From assembly GCA_977030845.1 (NCBI GenBank), contig OZ365114.1:22258001-22322000 (forward strand): a DNA stretch of 64,000 nucleotides. The letters run 5' to 3'. Both the position numbers and the translations under genes were made by a program. Of this stretch, positions 12,631 through 24,300 are shown in pieces. Position 1 is the first letter of the stretch. Each line of letters starts with the position of its first letter. Origin of the DNA: Fimbriosthenelais zetlandica (Eukaryota). The notes under the pieces are model-generated. The model was not told where the DNA came from. It did not search any database and saw only the letters and a list, made by a program, of their open reading frames with translations.

Positions 12631-13088
12631 GAACGGGTGATCGAGCCTATGACCAAAGAGCTGCTATGACCGGTTATCAGTGCTGGTGGATCGATTACTT
12701 TTGTTATTTTGAAAGTCATTACATCTACTTCATTAGACAAATATATGCTACACAACTTATTATTTTTAAAAGAGAAGAAAAGGCTTCATTTAACGCAACA
12801 ACACTTTGCTTTATTTTATCAGAGAAAATAGAAAACCGTCAAATGCCAAGGTGTGTTTTCATAGGCTACATGTTAAAGTTGTACGTCACAACGAGGAATC
12901 TGGTCCGATAACTACAATCCTCAATAGAAATATCGCATAGATAGGGAACAAAATGCATCAAAAACAAGTGCTTTGTCAAGTCTCAACTAACGTGCTGCTT
13001 GGTAAAATTAGAAACACAATACAAAACTGCCAAGAAAATAGTTCTGAAACATATTTTGGCTAAATAGCGAAATTATGACTTATAACAG

Positions 13089-13094
13089 TTTATT
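13089..13094 (-). terminator. Candidate AATAAA polyadenylation signal of the SLCO gene
   Basis: AATAAA on the minus strand ~1.9 kb past the stop, followed by a T/GT-rich tract, upstream of the AGFG1 promoter. Confidence 0.3.
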
Positions 13095-15012
13095 TATGAA
13101 GAACAGTAAAACAAGAAACTATCAGTCTGTACCGTAACCACGGAATGGTGCTTTCATATGCAAAGAAGAGATACATAGCCTACATGTAAGCCTATAGGCT
13201 ACTTTCATTTCTACATCCACCTGGTATAATATTGATCAAATGATACATAGTTCTAAGCATTATGAAAGCTCTCGGTGTATATGAAAGCAGGCTTTTTTCT
13301 TTCTCTGAACAAAAATAATAGATAAAATATGGAAATAATTATAATATGATACCCGCTTGATTAACATTTCTTTAAGGCAACAATATGTAACGAGCACTGA
13401 ATATCACAAAGCTTGATTCCATATATAATATAGGTGGTATACTGTTATTATTTGTACAACGGTAAAACAGAGTATGAACGAGTACAAAGAACAAAAATAA
13501 ACTTCCAGCATTTACCATTAGGCTACAACAAAGTTGATTTTCGTCAGGGTAGGGACATGCTGTAGCGACTGGATGATCGACAGAAGCAAGAAGTTTTAAT
13601 GGGAAAGTCATGAAATGTAAAAAGAGGAAAGTATGTAGCTCTAGACAGATAGGTCTATCATAAAGCCCATAATCAGAAGGAATAGCAATGTAATGAAGTT
13701 ACATCGAGTGGTGGGAGTGTAGAGATCAGAAGGAAGGAATGCTTAAGGAATTTGGCGCATGGAATTTGAAAGGAGAAAATTACGTGTAGGCTGAATGCAT
13801 GAATGTAGGCATAGACAATCTTTTGATTACATCTTCGAATATGAATACTTTAACCAAACAACACATAGAGATCGAACAACAAGAACCCAGAACTGACACT
13901 ACCTCACCTCAATGTACCCAATGTAATTTACATGTATAACCATCCCAACTCAAAAGTACAGTATACCCAAAAATTACAGGGTCAATATTCACATACAACA
14001 GAGGTACAGGTAACAATTATTATAATTATGTACATGTATAACATTGCAAAAACTATAATGAACGTTGATCGATATGTCAAAACATAAGTTAAACATGAAT
14101 GAAATATTAAGGACTTGAGCGTGCCCGCTGTAGCTATGTATATCATAGTTGCCGAAGTGGCTGGCTGTGTATAGAAAAATTGAACACATGTTAACCTATG
14201 TTCACCAAAACAGATCACAGGCGGCAAAGAATATGTACTAAGCCTTCATTTATCATGATAATTATTTGCTAATGGTAGTTAACACTGTCCAGAAGTCGAT
14301 AACAAGAATACATACTGGCATCGTTTGGCTTTATATATGGGCAAGGATAACTGAGCTGCGTAGGTGAGAGATGCGGACATAAATGATTTTCTGAAACGAC
14401 TCCGAGGAACTGAGTATTGTTTCATCATCATAATGTACTGATGAAAAATGAAATACAACCAATAGGCTTCCCACTGTAATTATTGACAGTATTACTGACA
14501 GTCACCTCAAGGCAATGACCATTTCACCAGTCATTCCTCGAGAGTTATCAAACTATAACTTTATATGATAAGGGTGAGAAGACCTGTGAACCTATGTCCG
14601 ATGAACAGTTACTGTAATATTACAGAGCAAATACATGGCAAGTAATCTATTACATTGTAGCACCCATTAATTATTGAAAAATCAACACTTTTGAAGTCCT
14701 ATGACCATTATCAGTCTATGTGCATTCGTAACACTGCAGTAAGTCTGACGAGTCTGAGTAATGGGAATCTTAAGCACAAATTTAAGGCATGGCAGCGAAT
14801 CCATAAATTACATAGTATATACAACCCATATTCTGTGGCACTCTTATGCTAACTCCATTCTGCAGTAACAGCAACCAACCTGAATCTATATTAAAGTACC
14901 CCATACATTGAACCTTCAATAATGTGCAAGACAATCAAATTCATATTAACGATCCATTTAATTTATAATTAAGTATCCTGAACAGCATCAAAAAAAGATT
15001 GAAGACAGATTT

Positions 15013-15326
15013 CTATACCCGTCTGAGAGGTGCTGTACCATTCATTTCGGACGTGGCACATTTGGTATCTGGCTGGTCGGTGGTTGTGTTTGCTTCGTCA
15101 CAGTGAGACTGACTATTTCCCCTTGAGGGTGGTTTGTATTTCCACCAGGCCATGAAGGAGGAGAAGGCGCAGGCTATGAGGCACACATTAGCCATACAGA
15201 AGATATACCAACCCATGGACCCGTTCTCGTAGAAAAGACACGAGCCAGAGTCTTTACACTTACGCTGCCACAGCACGCAGGTTAGGTCCAGCATGGAGCC
15301 AAATGCAACTGGACCAAGAATGCCAC
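15013..15326 (-). CDS. SLCO terminal exon (GGILGPVAFGSMLDLTCVLWQRKC...RRV*)
   Basis: Acceptor ttcttcttcag; OATP C..W..C...G.C..Y motif; stop at 15013. Confidence 0.95.
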
Positions 15327-18300
15327 CTGAAGAAGAAATTTTTCTATTTTACATTTTGACAATTTGTATATTATTCTAGTGAAGAGTTGGGGCATGAGGA
15401 TAAGATATTTTTTCCGAATTAATTAAGAAAAGAAGACAAATTTATGGATTAATTTAATCAGTGAATGGACAAGTTCAGGTCTCAGAATATTACAATCTGG
15501 TTTAATTGAAGTACAATTTATTCATTTAGTTAAATTCAATATTAACTAACCCAAAAGGCGGGAGAGAAACCAGTCAATGCTCACAGCGAACGACCTCTGG
15601 GACTCGGGGACAACTCTGTGGAGAAGACAAAGGATTTTATATCTGTTACCCTGATTAAACGGTAATCTGTTACACACATCTGTTCACATGATCAAGAACA
15701 ATGCGTATATGGTACTACTCGTGTTGACCCTACAAAGGCATGTACTTAACAGAATTATGATGAAGATTATAGGGGCAAACAATGTATAAATGTTGACAGC
15801 AGCTGTATACAATAACTATAGATGCAGTAAGTGTACCTTATGACGGCGAGGAGATGAAACATGGCTGTAACATATGCAAGCATGATACCGAAGAAAAACA
15901 GGACGGAGTAGAGAGGCAGGAGGTTACACGAGACGGGACATGGCTCTGACTGGACAAAAGTCATGTTCCCTGGAATGCACATACAACCCGAGTACTGAAA
16001 TAAACAAAGGCCAAATTTAGCTGATATTTAATAAAAACCCTTTACATCATAACAATTCATGACAAGTAATAAATATAACTAATTGCAACTCATGTCTATG
16101 GGAATAACCAGAGGAAGTCATTGCATTAGTTTATAACCTTTAATACTAGGAGTTTCTGATTAATTAGTTCATGGAAATTATGATAAGACAAAACTAACCT
16201 GCCCGGAACTGTCTGTGCCGTCACATCCGGCGTGACAAGGAGAATAGTAGAGGACATTGTTGCTGCCACAGACAGGCTCATAAGTGAGTTCTGAACAACT
16301 ACAGTGTTCATTACAGGGACTGTCCAGCTTTATTGCGCTCTCACTACAAAATACATGAAACAAAACATAATTTAAAGCATTTGAAATATTCGTCGCCTCT
16401 AATATATTAGTCCCTTTTACAATTCCAATTTTATATGTGTGGTTGGTTTTGCAGCTTATAATAATTGGCAAGCTGGTGGGGGGAGGGTGACTTTGGGCTA
16501 GGGAAGGTCATAGGTAGATACAGGTAAAATGGATACTGGCAACCATTTATATATTGGTAAGTCTACTCTAACTAGTCCCTTTGTATTAACAGACTATGTA
16601 TTGCTGCTACCTCTCAGCTGTGACAAACATCGAAACCAATATGATCAATTCAAGGTCCGTATAGTCCTCAAATAGTCTGAAACAGCCAGCCAAGGCCATG
16701 GTCAAAGTACTCATCAGAAAGAGTTAACTGATGCAATAGTCCAAATGAAATCCAGCCAATATGAAGGCAATGATGTCTGGCTATACACTTACTATAAAAT
16801 TAAGTTTGGCTAGATGGTAGTAGGTCTAAGAATGCCAAGGCAATGTCGTTTGTATAGATTTCACACTCGGAAAGTTAGGTCACGAAGGAAATCACGTACC
16901 TTTTCTGAAAACAAAAGCAGTCGGGACAGAAAAAGGGAAATAAATAAAAAATAGAAATGATAAAAAGGAATGCTGGGAAGGAATAAAAATGGGGAAAGGG
17001 CAGGAAGAACAACGGGAAACCACTGTAACCGCATGGGTTTCCCTCAAGGATTGTTTACTATTTCTCCTGCATGGCTCACTCTCACTGCACGAAACTGGTG
17101 GTATGGGGGCTATCATGTAATAGGGGGTCTGTAAGGAAACTCATGGTAGTCTGAGAATAAATTATGCTGCTTTTACACCATTCACCACGATAGTCTATCG
17201 GCATCAGACACTGACATAACATACGAGAGAAATGACTTCTTGGCCGACATTTCACAATGAGGGAACCCAAACTCTCTCATTGCTAGCAATTTTATGGGGG
17301 ATTAGAAGCACCTTTTATGTCTGCATTCCTCTTGCTATAATCAAATACCTTGAAGTTCAGTCTTGAATAGTTCCAATCCAGTGTGAAAGCAACATTAATT
17401 TGTACGGGGAAAACGGTAAGCATGGCATGCAATCCAGCCATTAGCAGGCCTACTAGCGTGCTGGACATGATTTTCTTTCAGGACTCCTTTAATGAGCAGT
17501 AGACTCCAGGTAGGACTATAAAGGTTCGATGATCGATAGGCCTACTATTACCACCAGTATACCACTATCCCACTATAAGTCATATAGGCCAAGAAAAATG
17601 AATTGAGGAGCAACTCAACAAATAATTCTATTATTAAGTGGACATTGTTGTCCCTCCCAAAGCCCCCGACCCTTTCTTGCATGGCCTTTCTCCGAAGTGA
17701 TAAAATCAAAATGATGCAATAACGAATGAATGATTATCAAATGGTAATCAAACATAACCATAAGGCTACGTCAAACATAACGCTTATCAGGCGTCATCAA
17801 ACAAATCACTCTAATCTAATATATATTAATAAACAAGGATTGAAAGAGAGAGACTTACCTGGAGTTGTAAGGCTGGTTAACCCCAGCAAAGGGCACATTG
17901 TCACACTGGACGAGGAAGATGACATTGAGGAAGATACTGACCATGGTGAGCAGAAACATCCACTTAAGCATCTGAGTACTGGTCATCTTGAGACGTTTGA
18001 TAAGAACACTGGCCAGGATACTGCCCACTGCACCACCCGGCACACCCAGCAAACCTACAATCCACATCAACATCAAACCTCATTTCACAAACTACTCATA
18101 GTAAAAATATGAATTCTTAATTTTCTTTCAGACGCTTTTAAATAGAGTTTTGTCTTAAGGAGCCCACCTGTGATGATGCCAGCCGTGGCTGGGGAGACAT
18201 GGAACTGGTTCTCCATGTATTTGGGCTCGAATGTTCCAAATCCAGCCAGGAAGAAGAGGGAGAAGGAACCCACCATGGTGAGGAACATAAAGGTAGGGTT

Positions 18301-21300
18301 CCTCAACAATATGGTCACAGCCCGAGGAAACTCCTTAGCCTGGAATGGAGACAAATATAATCATATCACCAATATTTTTTTACATATTCCATTCAGATAT
18401 AGTATATTATTACACATTAATACAAATAGAACAAAACATTTGAAAATGTCAATAGGATGGAGATGTCAGGTAGCATTTGAGAGTGAATTACCGTGAGTCC
18501 AACTCCTGCCACCCCTGGGATGTCAAGGCCGTCTCCTGTGTCATGTGCTTCTTTTATTCTCTTCTTCCGGTGCTCCTCCGCCCCTGATATTGAAAATGAT
18601 ACACAAAACACTACAAATTGGTTCTTAGAGGAAGTACAAAATATGATCTCTATATACTTAAGAGAAGAGCAAGAATGATACAATTAAAGAGGCAAGGAAA
18701 GTTATTTTTAGCATGCATATGTTCTTCATGTATTTTAATTCCAGTTATATGTAAAATATACATTATTGTTGGTAATTAGTGTTTTTTTTCGCAACATCGT
18801 CATATATACAAGAACAGCTTTATATCGACTTGAAATACTCATTACAGCCAATGTCTCACCTGGCATGTCCCGGGGGAAGCCAGCTAATGGAATGACAGTA
18901 GTGAGAGCTAGGGTAAACGTCACTAAAAAACCAATCCACCAGGCACCCACCCATCGCGGGTCTGACGAAGGTATATTCAACCTACAAAAACATATCAGTC
19001 ATGTAAAACCTCTGGAGATTATATGGTGTATAAGGGTCATAAGAAGGATCTTAAAAGTTCCCTAAAATTAAGCTTTTTTCTACTACCAAATCAATTATCT
19101 GAAATTGTTAAAATTTGGGTGGAGGTTAGTCTTAAGTTATTCACTCTTGTTAAGTAGAAATTGTCACCCTCAGCCTGTCACTATCCATTCCCTACTTTAT
19201 CCCCAGATCCCAGTATTTGGTAGAAGGTGTCATGTCCCTGTAACAGCATACCAATATTTGTAAATACCCAGAATGGTTGCTATGGTAACTCACGTGCTCA
19301 CGTCTACCACATCTATGTCTGTGTAGAGTTCCAGCAGGTAGCCTGCACCTACAAAAGCTATTGCAGGACCCAGCGTGGTCAAAGACAAGATTACACCTGC
19401 AAAAAACATAACAAATATTGAGATTTATAGGAAAATGCAGAAATTGACCAAAAAGCCGAGTAATTCATATCAGAATGCTCTAATATTTCTAGATATATTT
19501 TCTTTGGAGTAAGGTCACATTACTTTTATTATTTAAACTTACCAATATATACAGAAGCTGTTCCTCTGGGAGCTATATCATCTATATAAGTTAGACTAAG
19601 GGTGTAGAGTGGAACTCCACCCACACCATGGAGTGTGTGTCCAGCCATGAATATATACAGATAGTGTGAGAGGTCCTCTTCTAAGGAGGAATGACTACAT
19701 GAACTATCGGCTGAGGCTGATTGGTTAGCGTTGCAGATATTTCCTTTTCCGGCATAATGTGATGCCTGGTCGTAGCGGTAGGGGTCAGTGAGGAAATGGG
19801 GCAGGACGAAAAGAAGGGAGCCCAGAGAGAGGAGGAGCATACCCATCGCGATCCAGCGCGGTCGGTGCCCCTTACCTCCAAAATACCTGAAAAATATAAT
19901 TAGTCAAAATATTTAAGAGGTTTCCGACTCAATACAACATTGGCCAAGAAATAGGAAGGAGTCAATGCAAGGGATAAGACAGGGATATCAGAAAAAAGCA
20001 GGAATGATCAGGGAAAATATTGAAAACCAGACATGATGAGGCAAATATATCAAATAGTTTCTAGAACTACTAAGTTATATTTCTGCTTCTCCTTCATTAT
20101 TTTCCTTTTAAAATGAGCATGTAAGATATTACAGTGATTATCAAAAGGCTCTGTAGTTTAAATAGGGAAAATTAGGGGAATTTCTAACCTGGACATCATT
20201 GGGAACCCTGATATAACTAAGTCATAAGTCTGGTCTATATTGCTGTTAGGATGAGTAAGAACCTTGAGAGCAAATATAATCAGCGAATTCCTGAAATGAT
20301 CAGGTGTGGCAAAGTGATCCTGCCCTATCAATCATCTTATTCTGACCTAAACCCACGCCCTCCACACGTCTGACACAGCCACTAAACCACCTGTCAGTAG
20401 TAGAGGTAGATAAACTATTTTAACCGTAGATTCTCAGAATCTCAAGGGCAATTCCAATTTGTCTACCTATCTCTCACCATTGTGTGTTTTCTATCTTAAA
20501 AAATGCATCAACAAGGGTGAAAACTAATTCGCCTGCTGATAAAATAAGGATAGAGTTGCCAGGGAAACAACAGGTTGCCACTGAAGCAGGCCTGGAGCCA
20601 ACTCCTAGGGAGGCGAGTAGGGGATGATGTCCCATTAGGTTTAGAGATTAGGACCATGTGGTAGCCCATAGGACTGCGTGTGCTAAGGCAAGGTTTATTC
20701 TATCCGTGTAGAATTGCCTGCTTGCAAGAGAAGGGATCAGGTTTAGTTGTGAATTACAAACGGGGGAAGTGTAAAATAATGACAAGAAGAAATGGAATCA
20801 AGACATAATATTTAAGTACATGATCCATCAACCTCTGCCAGTGACTACTGAGGGATCTGGCAGTGTAATTGAAAACAGTCCCTAAACTGATGTTTATGAC
20901 AAACTTAACTTGGGTAGAATATAAGATCCATGTATTAGAATAAACAGAATGTAAAAGATGTACTGGCATGGAGCCATGAGCACTCAAACAGCCCTCTTCC
21001 CTGCTGCTACTGTCCGCCTTCAGTCCACCCTCCCCTCTACCCAGCCTCCTCCACATCCCCATCAGTCTCTTATACCCCGTGCAAGGCTTTTTATGAGGTC
21101 ATAGCTTTCAGAATGCAATTCTTGTGTTAACAATAGACGTAGGCCTATTTGCAGAATTAGTGTTATTAACAGTGATACCAACAATATGCAACAATATACC
21201 AACTTTGCTGCTTTTGTAATTCTTAAAACTGAAAATTTCGGTATTCAATATTTTAGCTAGGTTATGAACCTTACTGAATTATTATGAGAATAATAGCTAT

Positions 21301-24300
21301 TATGAAGATAGTTTTAATGGTTTTGAAATCCATAAAACTTGCAATTCCACCATCGTCTGCATTACGAACACAGCTGTGACAATGTGCTGTAGCGAGTTTG
21401 TACTCAGGTGGGTAGGTACAAACACCTGACATTACTTAGTGCTGTAAACCAGCCCTCATCCACCCCGCGCCATCCCCCCTCTGTCTCTGATACTCACACC
21501 TCTCTCTACTTTCAAGCCCTAACCCCCACACCACATATACAGTAGACCATAGTTTTTCTAGAACCGCCGGTGCAACCTCCTGGACTTGCAAAGTTTGATT
21601 AAAAAAATAATTCACGATGAAAAGAAAGCTTTCCCTTATCTGATAGGAAGGATTATATGGCCAGCTATATTGGAAAGGGGACTGTTTCCAAACAAGATGT
21701 TTTATATTATTCTAAAGAATTTCTATCTAGGGAATAGGGAGCTATAGGCTCCTATATTGCGTAGAGCAAAAAAGCATATAAATCATATACGAGTGTGAAA
21801 GCGCTCAATTCCCTTTAGTGCACCAAGCGTTGATAAATAAATCTCAGAATATACACCTGCACCAACATTTGATTTTAAAGGCCCCTGATACCCTAATATC
21901 TTGCAACAAGTGTTAAAAAGGGGTTGGAATATACTAATATCAAATAAAGCTTGGCTTGGAATAGGCCATAGGAACCATATATGGGAAATCAATGGCTAAA
22001 AACTATTTACCAAATGATAGTGGAACATTTTTAAATTGATGCCAAGAATGTATAGTTTCACTACTGTTCTTAAACATTTATAGATAACCGATACTGAAAC
22101 ATTTACAGCTGACTATGTCTTAAAAGTCAATTGCACAAGTTACGCTGGCAAATAACAGTGACCGCTTTATTATGAGGTACTTAAGTGTGATCAATTACAT
22201 ACACAACTTGCCCAAGTGGAACATTAAGTAACATTACCATCATTTACTGTCAGCTGAAGTGCGAAGAAAACGGGAAGCACCCATCCATACCAGGCACCCA
22301 GGCCAAACATGAGAGGGAACCGATTGAGATCAAGAAGTTCTTCGGGGAAGGGGAAGGGGGTGAGCGGGGGCAGGGGCAATGGCATCGAAGGGGAAGGAGT
22401 TTACTACATGTATTGTGAAATTCGATTGGTCCCTCCTGCTCATTTGACGACTTCGCACTTTCAATACAACTTTCAATTGCGTTCAGCATCACCATAACCT
22501 AAATTTATAATCGGGATTCTGTGACATTGCTGATATCACGTGATAAATCGGGGGGTCTTGCTTAAGGATTCTTTCAAAATCTGTATGGTCTCATACAAGA
22601 TGATTTAATTCACTAAGATAACAACACGTCAATATAGAAGTATAATACGCTATATATAGTACTGCGTAGAATACTATAGAGTTATAGACAGGCACTTGGG
22701 TGGTTAACTCAATGGTTCTAAGCTTTTTCTATCGAGAAAAAAAGTAATTTAATCACAGAGTTGTGAAACTGCCAAACCCAAGTCAACAACAGCCAACCAC
22801 TACTAAAACGCAGAAGCATTTATATGTGACAAAAAGTGAAGTATCAAATGGGGAATAGCAATGTTGTAGGGTGTGGCGCAGGAGGGATGGAGGGAGTGGC
22901 TCAAAGGGGGGCCATGGTGGGGGGGGGGGGGGGGGGGGGGGCGGTGGAACCAGACACGGAGGAGAAAGGGAGGCAGGTATAGGGAAGGGATGGATGGAAT
23001 AAATGCGCGATGGGGGAATTTTTAAATGCCGGGAAATGCGGGGAGGAGCAAAGTCCAACAGTAACATGAGGACCCGGGCATGAGGACTCGCGACATGATG
23101 AGGTACAGAGTTCATAATTAAACAATACAATAATCGGCCAGCACTTATCTCTCAGAGCCTGACAGAGGACCAAATGGACTATAGCATTGTGATAAATGCT
23201 CTACATAAAGTAACCACCAACAAAAATGGAAAGCATAGCTAGGTCTTGGAAGTTGGAGCACTAGTTAAAATAATATAGCAAAACATTTAATTATGCGGCT
23301 TATGGATTAAATTGGGTCACAAGCCGTTTTTATTAGGCCTGGATAATTGAAATATATGATATAATTCATACTCTGTGTAAGCCAATATTCAGATCAGGCA
23401 CTACTCACAAGTAGATGCCATAAAATTTGGGCGTGTTCAATGGAAAGATTAGCAGAAATGGGACAAAACCCGTTTTTCAACTTTCATATGTATCTACTCC
23501 TTCATACGTTTCATATTATAATATATTAATACCTCTCATATCAAAGTATACACGGAGATAATTATAGAGGGATATAGGCTGATATAGACGTGCTGCCAAC
23601 CGATATTAGAAACCAAACACCAGACTGCAGCCAAGTGTAGCGCAGCAGATTTGTCACTTTTCCATCAGGTTGGATGACATCTAATATATAATGTACATGT
23701 AAACCAACAGCCAACCGAACACATTCAACAGTCATCATTCATTACGGCCAGTCACAGCACACGTCACCTGCCAACTAATAACATTTATACCCTTTACTTT
23801 ATGAGTATTTTCATTTTATAATTTAGCCATTTTTAACAGAAAAAGAAAAAGAACACAGGGAGTTATGGACCTTGTATATTATATAGCCATTGTTAAAGCA
23901 TCTGCTTTCTGCAACGAATAAACATTTTTCAGAGAAGTAGAACTCAATACACTGTTTATTCATAAGAGAGAGGATAAACGTAATTTAGTGAAAAGGTGGA
24001 ATAGTTCACTGTCGCCCATTTATTTACAAGCAATATAATATATAACAATGTTTCCACCCTCACTATAGTTCTTAATGTGTCTGACTTCAGTGTGTCGACA
24101 TGTCCCATTTACCACATCGTCAACACAAACACACCCCCTTTCTACCTTGTTTAGAAACAGTCCATACCTTCGCCATGGGGTAATGATGTTTTGCAAGACT
24201 GGTAGCCTGTCATTTCCAAGCCAGTCCCTACGTCACAAACACTACCAAAACAGAGAGACTGGTCCATATCATTCATTTAATGAATATTGCTGCTGGCAGC

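Noticed and set aside
17726-19421. Plus-strand ORFs opposite SLCO exons
   Set aside because: Antisense shadows of real exons.
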